DNA from: Dehalococcoidia bacterium | Lineage (GTDB): Bacteria; Chloroflexota; Dehalococcoidia; SM23-28-2; RBG-16-64-32 | Length of the DNA: 64,000 bases | Reading direction: 5' to 3' | Assembly (NCBI GenBank): GCA_963665775.2 | Contig: CAXXTF010000002.1 | Location: forward strand, 32,001-96,000 | Shown: one piece after another, positions 20,667-30,575 of the stretch | How the letters are laid out: each line of letters begins with the position of its first letter | Numbering within the stretch: the first letter of the stretch is position 1 | Notes under the pieces: model-generated | What the model was told of the DNA's origin: nothing | What the model saw: only the letters and a program-made list of their open reading frames with translations | Database searches by the model: none | Made by a program: the position numbers and the translations under genes

Positions 20667-22154
20667 ATGGTCGACTACCATCAGCACACAGACAGCCTTC
20701 CCGAAGGATGGAATCGTGTGAGCACCATTGGGAAAGGAGGACAAGCCACAGCCGTCCACATCAGGCATGAGGATGGCCGTGATGGAGTCTTCCGGCGGTT
20801 CAAGCGACCGATGTCGGGACTCGACAGGCAACGATTTCACCGGGAGTTGGAAATCCTATCCCAAAAGGTAGTACATCAAGGCGTCGTAACCCTATGGGAT
20901 TGGAGTTCTGCGGAGGAACACCCCTGGTATATCAGCGAATTGGGAGAACCATTCAGACAGTGGTGGGGAAACTGTAAGGAAACGTTGAAAGACGATCCAG
21001 AGGCCATAGTGGACAGAGCAGTCTAAGTGGTTCGACAAATCGCTCTCGCACTAGCGGAGTGCCATGCCAACGGTATAGTCCACCGTGACCTCAAGCCCCA
21101 AAACCTTGTCATGAAAAAGGGAGTACTGGATCCGTGGCCGATTCTCATCGACTTCGGAGTAGCCCACGACGAAAACGCGGAACGCCTGACCGCCACAAAC
21201 GACGCAGTTGGGAATGCCCGCTTCAGTCCCGACATTATGCGCCGCAGATTGGACGACGTGCCACCTTGGCTGGATGTATTTGACCTTAGGCAAATCTTGA
21301 TCTGGATGCTGGATGAGGAAGCACCAAAGGCACACTGGCAGCGTCCGATAGCATGGAACCACGCGGTTTACGATCCAGCAATCCCACAGACCAAAGAGCA
21401 GTCAATCAAGGCGTTTACCGCGTCGTGTTCCTACCAAGTGTCAGGACCCGCCAACGGACAAGAAACGCTGCATCTACTAGACACACTGTTCCCTCCAGAG
21501 GTGCCACTGCAAGGAGTGGGATTTGATGCCAGTGGCATCGTGGAGGCGAAGAGACGCGGCGAAGCAAGAAAGCTGCTGATCGAAGCAGCACTAAACGAAG
21601 AGGTCCAGTCGAGTGCACCGCTGGCTGAAAGAATATACGGGCAACTGCGTGAAACCGCTCTCGGCGTCCTGAAGCAGGTTTCCTTGCATGACCCCACCGC
21701 CCGCCTAGTATTTGACAATGCGTTCCACCACCAGGTAATCGGTGCGGTGGATCTTGTCCAGGTGGGCGTGGGCCCACCCAACAGAAACATTCAACTCCGG
21801 ATCAAGGTCAAGATAGTGCCGCAGAACGAAACGCCCACGTCCAACGAAGGTAATCGTGCCTTTTGGCGAAAACATATCGCCGAGGATGCCATTTGTTTTA
21901 CCTTCGCACTGGAGGGCGGCGTTCCTCAGGCTGGCGACATGAGGTATTACGATTGTCGCTGGATCACCATCCGCCGAGACGGGGCCATGTACATGCACCC
22001 GTTAGAAGGTGACCTCGGAACAAACTATTCCGACAATGATCTCGGTGGGTCGGCGGAAGGTCTTGGCACGATCTGCTCGATGCAAGACGTCCGTGAGTAC
22101 ATGACATCGGTGTTCACGAATCCGTTCTTTTGGGAATTCGTAGCTGCTGCTTGA
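20667..22154 (+). pseudogene. Hanks-type Ser/Thr protein kinase with an uncharacterised C-terminal domain, interrupted by one in-frame TAA
   Basis: IGKGGQA glycine loop and RFHRELEIL helix C in 20667-21023, TAA at 21024-21026, then the same frame continues with HRDLKPQN and DFG. Confidence 0.85.
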
Positions 22155-22194
22155 CGAGCTAGATAAAACGTCGCGACGAAGACCGTTACGAAAC

Positions 22195-23467
22195 TGACCT
22201 GCCCCCCTAAACGCTACCACAGGCTATGTTAGTGTGGCCATCGCCGTAGTCTCCAGGGATGGCGCGGTGGAGCCCGGCCATGGCACGATCGCTTGCGGTG
22301 CTGGCGGCCGGTAGCCGAGAGCGCTATGCGGGCGCACCTCGTTGTAGTTCCGTCACCACCGCTCGCAGAGGACCTGTGCTTCCAGCACCGTGTCGAACAC
22401 CTCCCCATTCAATAGTTCATCACGTAGCTTCCCATTGAACGACTCGATGTAGCCGTTCTCCCAGGGGCTCCCGGGCTCGATATACAGAGTCTGCACGCCT
22501 ACCCGCTCTAGCCAGGTCCGGAGCGCCCGTGCCGTGAACTCTGGCCCGTTGTCCGAGCGCAGGTAGCGAGGCGTCCCGCGCTCGACGAAGAGCTGGGCCA
22601 GGCGTGCCAGCACGTCATCACTGGTGATCTGCCTCGCCACCTGGATAGCCAGGCACTCCCCTGTGAACTCGTCCAGCACCGTCAAGAGCCGCAGGGGACG
22701 GCCGTCGCTGGTGCGGGTAAACACGAAGTCGTAGCTCCAGACGTGGTTGGGCTCAGTCGGCCTGAGCCTAACGCAGGAGCCGTCTGTCAGCCATAGCCGC
22801 CTCCGCTTCGGCTGCTTCGCCGGCACCTTCAGGCCTTCCCGCCGCCAGAGCCGCTCTACCCGCTTGTGGTTCACCCGAAAACCCTCCTCTCGCAGCAGGG
22901 CGGTCACCCGTCGGTAACCGTAGCGCCCGTACTCGGTCGCTAGCTCCACCATCCGCCTCAGCAGCCTCCCTTCATCGTCGGGAGGAGAACCCCACCGCCG
23001 CTGCGTCGATCGCTCCTGCCCCAGGGCCTGGCAGGCCCGGCGCCCCGAGATGACCGCGTGGCCCAACGCATTCCGCACCCAGGCCACCGCCTGTCATCTC
23101 TTGGCCGGGCTCAGAAGTTTCCCTGCGCCGCCTCCTTCAGGATGGCGTTGTCCAGGGAGAGATCGGCTACCAGCTTCTTCAGCCGCAGGTTCTCCTGCTC
23201 CAGCTCCCGCAGCCGCTTGGCCTGCTCCCTCCTCAGGCCGCCCTACTCCTTCCGCCAGCGGTAGTAGGTCTGCTCTGCCACGCCCAGCTTCCTGCAGACC
23301 TCGGGCACAGCCAGGCCCTTAGCCAGCCCGACCTCCGCCTCCCTCAACTTGTTGATGATCTCCTCTGCCGTGTGATGCTGCCTGCCCAATCCTTCTACCC
23401 CCTTTCTCTGGTCCAGAACCCCTGATTACTAACATTGGGCCTGGACTCGTTTTCGGGGGCAAGGTCA
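22195..23467 (-). mobile_element. IS3-family insertion sequence copy 2 (1273 bp), inverted, same three stops
   Basis: Reverse complement of 17884-19156; two single-base differences seen (18824/22527 and 19131/22220). Confidence 0.95.
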
Positions 23468-23472
23468 CTTGT

Positions 23473-23501
23473 GAACGCCTCGGTTACCCGCCGAGGCGTT
23501 C
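23473..23501. terminator. GC-rich hairpin, possible terminator
   Basis: Perfect 11-bp stem GAACGCCTCGG / CCGAGGCGTTC with a 7-nt loop; weak U-tract. Confidence 0.45.
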
Positions 23502-24381
23502 GCTTATCCGGACACATTATGCATCCGCACGCCAATGACCGAAAGGAGTAGACTCCTAACCAATTACGATGATTGAAGACGCTAGAGGCAAGAAGAAGGG
23601 GCGCGAAGAGCCAGTCTTCCTGCACCCGCCGGGTTTCGAGGAGGCTGTATCAGACCTCTTGAAGGTTAAGCCAAAACCAAACCCTTTCAGATAAAGAAAA
23701 GGAGCAGTCGCCGCGCCCGATAACGGGAGCGCCACCGCCCCTTCCTGTCCTAAATGTTAGATTAGCTTATCGATATGGGTTTGTCAAGTACACATTCGCC
23801 TTCAGGAATACAGCCGCGAAGCTGGAATTCCTCTGAGGCGATGCACTGCAAACGGAATTGCAAACGAACGGTTTGCAACTGCCCGTCACCGGGCATCATG
23901 AGCGGCCAACCCCAGGCCAAAGTTCAGATACGAAATGTGGCTGAACAGGATCACCCGACACACTCCATCACGACAATGAAGGGACTCCTTATCCGCTTAT
24001 CGAGAGCAGAGTCCTGCCGCTCAGGTCCAACACCACCGCCACTCCGCCAGCCGCGCCAGGAGTCGCACGCCGAGCCTCGGCTGGACGTGCTCCGTCATGG
24101 GGGGCTCCAATGTCTGGCCTTATCACTAGCTACTTGCTCGCCTGCGGCGGCAGTTGCTCACTGAGTCGTGCCATCTTAGCATGTCACCGAAACGGATAAC
24201 AAGGCCGCCTCTGGTGAGGCAGCGCAAGTTGGTGAAGGGGCGCCGGTGAACGCCACCTTGGTGGTGGCGGTTCACCCTGCGGAAGAGACCGGGAAGTTTG
24301 TGGGCGTTTCCGACCTGGCCTCCCCGGTTGTGCAGGCGTCTTCGTTGAAGTACGATTGGTCGGAAGAGCAAGCTCAAGAAA

Positions 24382-25698
24382 ATGAGTGTCGAGTCGATTC
24401 CCGAAAAGGCAGAGACGTTCTGGACGCTCGACGCTCCTCCGCTTCCTGAATTGCCCACCCTGGACCAAGACTTGGCTGTCGACGTGGCCATCATTGGCGG
24501 CGGGTTCACAGGGCTCGCCTGCGCTGTCTACCTAAAGCGCTTTAACCCTGAGACCAGCGTAGCGGTCCTGGAGGCACAGCGCCTGGGCTCGGGTGCGAGC
24601 TCGCGCAACGCGGGCAGTATTTCGGCCGAGTATGACGGTTGGTCGCAGGCGAGAGGCAGACAGGACACCGCCGGCGCTCGCACGCCTAGTGAATTGGCTC
24701 GTCGATACTTTGACCGGCTGAAGGAGTTCTTGCGTGAGGAAGGGATCGAGTGTGATCTAAGGGCCGGCAGGGCCTTGGTGCTGGCTACGAAACGCCACGC
24801 GAAAGCCCTGCGGCGTCATCTGTCGCGTCTCAAGGAGGCAGGTCTGGGCGGCGCCTGGATAGACGAAGCTCAGTTGCGCGCGGAGCTCGGTACCACCACC
24901 TACGCGGGCGGACTTGCAGACGAGAACTGGTACTTTCTTCACCCGGGCAAGCTCGTCACCGGGCTGGCTGAGTCGGCGCAGCGTGCCGGCGTCGCCCTAT
25001 ATGAGCACAGCCGCGTGACATCCTTAGAGAGAGGACACCCCGTGACCCTCCGGACCACTGGCGGCACGGTTACCGCTGGGCAGGTGGTAATCGCCACCAA
25101 CGCCTACGCTCCTACATTGGTTCCCGTGGCCGCAAAGATGATGCCTATCCATCATGCGGTGCTGGTGTCAAGACCGCTTACCGATGAGGAGATGGCCAGG
25201 GCAGGATTAGAACTGTGGCCTCTGCGGTACGAGACAGGGCGCCCTCCCTACGCCTACTGGCATACGCTCACTGTGACTCCAGACCGAAGGCTGCTTGTGC
25301 GGGACACCTTAGGCTACCGCTGGAACAACTCTTTGCAGTGGCCACATGAGGAGCGCCAATACGAGCGAGTTTGGCAGAAGACGATCCAGCGATATGCGTG
25401 GGCTCAGGATCTGACCATCGAATACCGGTGGCACGGCCTGACGGGCCATACCAGAAACGGGCAAGTTATCTTCGGCAGTTTGAGGCCGCGGGACGGCATC
25501 CATCTGAGTGTTGCCTATAACGGTCACGGCCTTCTTCAGGCTCATTACAACGGCTACCTGATGGCGATGCGTGTCCTGGGAGAGCCGCAGGAGGAAGAGC
25601 AACTCCGGTACGGCCCGGGGAAGCACGGTCGGATCCCCCGCGAACCGTTCCGCAGCCTCATCGTCAGGTCGGCGATCTGGTTGGGGCGACGCCAATGA
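24382..25698 (+). CDS. FAD-dependent oxidoreductase (DAO/PuuB-like)
   Basis: DVAIIGGGFTGL, GSGASSRNAG, LHPGKLVTGL, VVIATNAY, YNGHG. Confidence 0.92.
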   Translation: MSVESIPEKAETFWTLDAPPLPELPTLDQDLAVDVAIIGGGFTGLACAVYLKRFNPETSVAVLEAQRLGSGASSRNAGSISAEYDGWSQARGRQDTAGARTPSELARRYFDRLKEFLREEGIECDLRAGRALVLATKRHAKALRRHLSRLKEAGLGGAWIDEAQLRAELGTTTYAGGLADENWYFLHPGKLVTGLAESAQRAGVALYEHSRVTSLERGHPVTLRTTGGTVTAGQVVIATNAYAPTLVPVAAKMMPIHHAVLVSRPLTDEEMARAGLELWPLRYETGRPPYAYWHTLTVTPDRRLLVRDTLGYRWNNSLQWPHEERQYERVWQKTIQRYAWAQDLTIEYRWHGLTGHTRNGQVIFGSLRPRDGIHLSVAYNGHGLLQAHYNGYLMAMRVLGEPQEEEQLRYGPGKHGRIPREPFRSLIVRSAIWLGRRQ

Positions 25699-26133
25699 TG
25701 GGCGTTGGTCGACATCGTGGCAAGCAGTGATGATGTCGTGCGGGCTGAGGTCCGGCCCGCCTTGGGGTGGCGCGTCCTGTCCGTTCTATACCGCACGCCA
25801 GGGCAGCTCAGCTACGGCATGGACCCCGGCTACCGCGTGGCTTCGACTCCGGCCCGCCTAGCGAACGTGAGAGCACGGAGTGTGGCGAACCGTTCCCTAC
25901 TTGTGCCGCGTGGCAGATACAACACCAATGTCGGATTGTGGCCGGAGATTGGCCATCGCAAGCTCCGTAAGTTATAGTTATATGCAAACAATCCAGTGTA
26001 TAATTCGTACATAAGGGTTCTCTGGGATCGATAGCCCCAGAATCCAGAAGAGAGTGAGTAGTATGCTGGCCTAGCCTTCCGGCAGTCTGGGTATAGCGTT
26101 ACCAGCGGCTTCATCCCTAGAAAGGGGAACGAG

Positions 26134-28698
26134 ATGGTCGTGGACAGCAGCACAGCTAAGATCACGCTAACAGAGAAAAAGAGCGACGGTAAGGTCGTTC
26201 CGTCCTTCTGCCATCTGTGCATCTATGGCCAGTGCTCCACACTAGTGCACGTAGTGGACGGCGTGGCGGTGAAGGTGGAGGGTAACCCAGAGGCACCTCA
26301 TAACCAGGGGAGGCTCTGCGCCAGGGGCAACGCCAACCTGATGGAGCTGTACGACCCCTACCGGGTCAAGGTGCCCTTGAAGCGGACCAATCCGGAGAAG
26401 GGGCTCAATGTGGACCCCAAGTTCGTAGAGATCTCCTGGGATGAGGCGCTGGAGATAGTTGCCGAAAAGCTCAGGGCCGTTAAGGAGGAGGACTCCCGGC
26501 AGTTCCACTCCAGCGGAGGAATGGCTGATCGGGGGCTGGCCCGAGGCGAATTTCAAGCGTTTTTCGGTGGCGCCCCGATGCACATGTTCGGCGGGGTCGC
26601 TGCCTGTGGCAGCTCAGAGCATGCCGTATCGGCCTGGGCCCATAACGCGCACGTATCTGGATATGACCCCGACTACGTGGAGCTGCTTGCGCTCCAGGGC
26701 ACCAATGCCGGCTTCGGGACCTGGATTGGAGCCGCCGCTGGGGGTGGCGTGAGTCGGATAGCCGACGCCCGGGTCGAGCGTGGTGCCAGGATCGTTAGTA
26801 TCGATCCCCGCTGCGGCGAGGGGAGCAACAAGGCGAACGAGTGGATCCCCATCCTACCAGGCACGGACCTGGCCTTTAACCTGGCCGTACTACACGTCAT
26901 CCTTCACGAGCTGAACCGGTTCGACGTGGAGTTCATCAAGCTTCACACCAATGGGCCATACCTCATCCAGTCTAACGGCTACTACCTGAAGGATGCGAAC
27001 GACAAGCCGCTGGTATGGGACGCCGCCGCTCAGGTCGCTAGACCCTTCGATGATCCGGAGATCAAGGACTTTGTCCTGGAGGGTACCTACGAGGTAGACG
27101 GGGAGGCCTGCAATCCCGCCTTCTACCTGCTGAAGGAACGGATGCTCCCTTATACCCCGGAGTGGGCCGAGCAGATCAGCACCGTGCCCGCTGCCCAGAT
27201 CAGACGCTTTGCCGCCGATTTCGTGAAAGCGGCGAGGATCGGTACCAGCATCAAGATAGACGGTGTCGAGTTTCCGTTCCGGCCGGCCGCTATGATCGGC
27301 TATCACGGCTCCCAGCGCCACTACAACGGCCCCTTTACCACCATGTCACTGCGCCTAATAAACGCCATGGTTGGCAATTTCGATGTGCCGGGTGGCAACA
27401 AGGGATGGGCTCGCGAACCGCTGATTAATTACGACACCCCCGCTCCCTCGGACGGGATGCTGGAGTTTATCCCGCGATCCGCAATCAAGTTTCCTCCGGA
27501 CCCTGACCTCAAGCAGTTCTACCCGCTGGCCGTAGACACACACATTGTCTGGTTGAACTATATTCAGACAGATCCCGAGATGCAGGAGCGGTTCAAGGTC
27601 CCGTACACCCTAAAGGTGCTCTGTCTGGGGGGTACTAACCCCTTCGCCAATCAGGGCGATCCCCACCAGACTGAGGGGGTCATGAGGGCCATCGACTTCA
27701 TCTTCACGATATCCATTCATATCGACGACCCAGCACTCTTCGCCGATGTGGTACTTCCGGAGGACTGCGCAGCGGAGCGGCTGGAGGCCTGGCAGTATTC
27801 CGCCATGTTCCAGATTGGGGTGGAGATGATGCTGCTGCGGCAACCTGTTGTGCCGCGTCTATACGATACCAAGCACCCCGACGAGATGGCGATGGAACTT
27901 GCCGATAAGCTGGGCATGCTCTATGGGGAGGATGGCTACATCGACTACATGAACAGTATCCTCCCCCAACGTGGAAACCCTGCCCGGCTGGACATCAACA
28001 GAAAGCCAATGCTGGAAGAGCTGGTCGACGTCCGCCTGAGGTCATGGTCTGGCGAGGACAAGGGGCTGGGATGGTTCAGCGAGCATGGACTCCTGGCTAA
28101 CAAACTGCCTGTCGAAAAAGACTACCATTGGGCCCCCCTATCTGGGCGGCGCTTTCCTATCTACTTCGAGCCGGTCAAGGAGTTGGGTGACGTTCTGAAG
28201 AGCCGGGTCAAAGAAGAATACGGGTGGGACTGGGACACCTCGTGGTACGATGCGCTACCTCGCTGGGAGCCCTGCCCTGAGCATCGCGATGAGCTGTGGC
28301 CGCCGGGCTTCGATCTGTACCTGATCAACTACAAGACACCCTACAACACCAATAGCCAGACCGCAGGCAACCCCTGGCTAGCCGAGGTGTACGAGGCTGA
28401 TCCATACTTCCTGCGGGCCTGGATGAACGAGGAGACAGGGAAGAGGATGGGGCTGCGTGATGGCGAAAAGGTATGGATTGAGTCTACGGTCAACAAGGTG
28501 GAGGCACGAGTAAAGCTCAGCGAAACGGTCCATCCTCGGGTGGTTGCGATCGGTGGGGCTCAAGGCAGCCATGCGACCAACCCGTTCGCCAAGAAGGGGA
28601 TCAGCTACGCTAGCTTACTACCGCAACAACCGGAGAATATCAATCCCATGCTCTGTAACCTTGAGTGGTGCACGCGAATAAAGGTCACTAAGTCTTGA
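26134..28698 (+). CDS. Molybdopterin (bis-MGD) oxidoreductase catalytic subunit with N-terminal [4Fe-4S] motif, no Tat signal
   Basis: CHLCIYGQC...LCARG, PLKRTNPEKG, ISWDEAL, PGTDLA, YTPEWAEQIS, ADVVLP and a C-terminal molydopterin-binding domain. Confidence 0.93.
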   Translation: MVVDSSTAKITLTEKKSDGKVVPSFCHLCIYGQCSTLVHVVDGVAVKVEGNPEAPHNQGRLCARGNANLMELYDPYRVKVPLKRTNPEKGLNVDPKFVEISWDEALEIVAEKLRAVKEEDSRQFHSSGGMADRGLARGEFQAFFGGAPMHMFGGVAACGSSEHAVSAWAHNAHVSGYDPDYVELLALQGTNAGFGTWIGAAAGGGVSRIADARVERGARIVSIDPRCGEGSNKANEWIPILPGTDLAFNLAVLHVILHELNRFDVEFIKLHTNGPYLIQSNGYYLKDANDKPLVWDAAAQVARPFDDPEIKDFVLEGTYEVDGEACNPAFYLLKERMLPYTPEWAEQISTVPAAQIRRFAADFVKAARIGTSIKIDGVEFPFRPAAMIGYHGSQRHYNGPFTTMSLRLINAMVGNFDVPGGNKGWAREPLINYDTPAPSDGMLEFIPRSAIKFPPDPDLKQFYPLAVDTHIVWLNYIQTDPEMQERFKVPYTLKVLCLGGTNPFANQGDPHQTEGVMRAIDFIFTISIHIDDPALFADVVLPEDCAAERLEAWQYSAMFQIGVEMMLLRQPVVPRLYDTKHPDEMAMELADKLGMLYGEDGYIDYMNSILPQRGNPARLDINRKPMLEELVDVRLRSWSGEDKGLGWFSEHGLLANKLPVEKDYHWAPLSGRRFPIYFEPVKELGDVLKSRVKEEYGWDWDTSWYDALPRWEPCPEHRDELWPPGFDLYLINYKTPYNTNSQTAGNPWLAEVYEADPYFLRAWMNEETGKRMGLRDGEKVWIESTVNKVEARVKLSETVHPRVVAIGGAQGSHATNPFAKKGISYASLLPQQPENINPMLCNLEWCTRIKVTKS

Positions 28699-28751
28699 CC
28701 CTCCACCGCCACGTCGATCTCGCCGCGGTGTTCGCCGTATCTCCTCGGCGC
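28698..28751 (-). repeat. Inverted near-copy of dnaN segment 57207-57259
   Basis: Reverse complement GCGCCGAGGAGATACGGCGAACACCGCGGCGAGATCGACGTGGCGGTGGAGGGT versus dnaN GCGCCGAGGAGAT-CGGCGAACACCACGGCGAGATCGACGTGGCGGTGGAGGGT (one indel, one mismatch). Confidence 0.9.
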
Positions 28752-28853
28752 TGAGCCCTCTGGGTGGGCTGGCCGAGGTGCTCGGCTTGCTCGATCCCGT
28801 CGCAGGGGTTCGAGGAGACGATCTTCATCCGTATGAGGAAGCGGTAGAAGGCC
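28731..28853 (-). pseudogene. Tyrosine recombinase internal remnant
   Basis: AFYRFLIRMKIVSSNPCDGIE, then after a frameshift PRGLSAEEIRR; typical of the integrase core-binding/catalytic junction. Confidence 0.65.
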
Positions 28854-29035
28854 TGTTACCAGCTTGGCATCCGCTCGTCAAAGAGTACAATATCGTCAGT
28901 CATGCTCACCCCCTGTTCTCAAGTCAGTAAGCATGTTCCCTTTACCGCACACGAAGTCAAGTTAGTGTGGCATCATTAAGGTCAGGGCAATCTCGGGTGT
29001 ACAACAGGGCTTACGCCGCTAGCTAGGAAGGCATC

Positions 29036-29503
29036 ATGGACTTACAGCTTCTTTCGGATCGCGCTGAGATCATCGATCTCATGAACCGCTACGCTCTGAG
29101 CGTAGACCTGCGTGACTGGGCCGGTTACCGCTCATGCTTCGCAGACGAGATCGAGCTTGATATGAGTTCCCCCGGCTGGCCGGATAAGATCAGCGCAGAC
29201 GAGTGGGTTGATCGAATCCGCGCCGGCATCATGGTATTGGACGCTACCCAGCACCAGATGTCCAACCATACGATCAACGTCGACGGTGACCAGGCCGACT
29301 CCATCACCTACGTTCGTGCGACTCACCATCTGCCCAGCGATGAGGGTGACAGCCAGCACACCATTGTCGGGTACTACAACAACAAGCTGATCCGGACGGA
29401 GCAGGGCTGGAAGATCCGCCGGTTCAACCTGACGAATCTCTGGAACGAGGGTAACCTGTACCTCAGAGAGCTAATGGCTCAGGCCCGGAACAGCGTGCGC
29501 TGA
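29036..29503 (+). CDS. SnoaL-like/NTF2-family protein
   Basis: DRAEIIDLMNRYALSVDLRDW, TQHQMSN, GYY..KLIRTEQGWKI. Confidence 0.9.
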   Translation: MDLQLLSDRAEIIDLMNRYALSVDLRDWAGYRSCFADEIELDMSSPGWPDKISADEWVDRIRAGIMVLDATQHQMSNHTINVDGDQADSITYVRATHHLPSDEGDSQHTIVGYYNNKLIRTEQGWKIRRFNLTNLWNEGNLYLRELMAQARNSVR

Positions 29504-29575
29504 GGTACGGCGCGGGCAGGTGACATCCTGAAATCGCTGGTAGTCCGGGTAATCGGCGACGGCCATGTAAGGGTC

Positions 29576-29773
29576 GTGGAGGTAGATTCGGGCCCCGAAG
29601 GCAAGACCGTGGAGGAAATCAGAGATGCCCTGGTCGCCCACCTTGGGCCAATCCTGCGCTCTGCTACCCTTCTGGTGAACGGTCGTATTGCCGCACACCT
29701 GGGAGACGAGAAGATTTCCGAGGGCGAGATCATTGCCTTTCTTCGGCAAGGCGGTATTCCATCCCACCATTGA
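29576..29773 (+). pseudogene. Possible degenerate MoaD/ThiS-like ubiquitin-fold fragment
   Basis: TLLVNGR...ISEGEIIAFL..GG followed by extra residues. Confidence 0.3.
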
Positions 29774-29779
29774 GCGAGG

Positions 29780-29930
29780 AGCCGGCGGGCGATCTTCGCC
29801 GTGTTCACGGTAGCCGTAGGGGTTGCCGCGATGGTCGGTCTTCAACTTACTGCGGATGTCCTTGAGAGCACGCTGATCACCAACGTGAGGACTCTTCTCC
29901 GCGGCGACCTCGCGGTGACCAGGAGCTCCG
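29780..29930 (+). pseudogene. N-terminal fragment of an FtsX/MacB-type ABC permease
   Basis: RRAIFAVFTVAVGVAAMVGLQLTAD...NVRTLLRGDL resembles TM1 of such permeases; the remainder is missing. Confidence 0.55.
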
Positions 29931-30575
29931 AGTCCAGCTCGTCGTTCGGGCGGGCCAAGGCAGGCTTCCCTGTCCATTTTCACTCACAGCGGATGCCGCA
30001 TATAATGGCACTAACCGTTCAAGGAAGGGAGGTCGCCTACCAATGAGTTGTGGCATCGTTCACGAAGGGAACATCCGCAGCGAAATCCTCATGGAAGAGG
30101 TCCCTTGGAAATCGATGGATGAGGTCCGGGTTGAGAGGTTGGAGCACGATGGCGACACGTACTATGTCATCGCCCTCTACCCGGAGGGTAGAGACGGACC
30201 TAGCCAGGTCCATTCTGTTTGGCGTAGTCTGAACGAGCCGCGGTCGTATATCGCGATGAATAGTCCGCCACTGCCCCCAGCTGGTGGGCACATGCAGCGG
30301 ACTTCGTGATCGCTGGCGACGCTTCGCGCTCACCCAGGCCCACCATTCGCCAGAGGCACAAGCATATCGTGACCGTCGCGAGGCCATTCGCGCCATCTTG
30401 AGGCTTTGGCAAAAGTGTACTCTCTCCCCCAACAGACTCCAGTCAGCCTGGGCGGCTTGAGGGTTGACATAGGAGCATCACATAGTGTGCATGATCAGTC
30501 TTGGCAGCTATTGTAGAATGGGCATGAGCGGAGCCCGCCGGAACATACCAGCAGCCAGGGATCGGAAACCCTATT

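Noticed and set aside
17962-23389. Stop-codon reassignment or readthrough to explain the in-frame stops in IS3 and the kinase
   Set aside because: All three stop types are involved, and core genes terminate normally at TGA, TAG and TAA; ordinary nonsense mutations are simpler.
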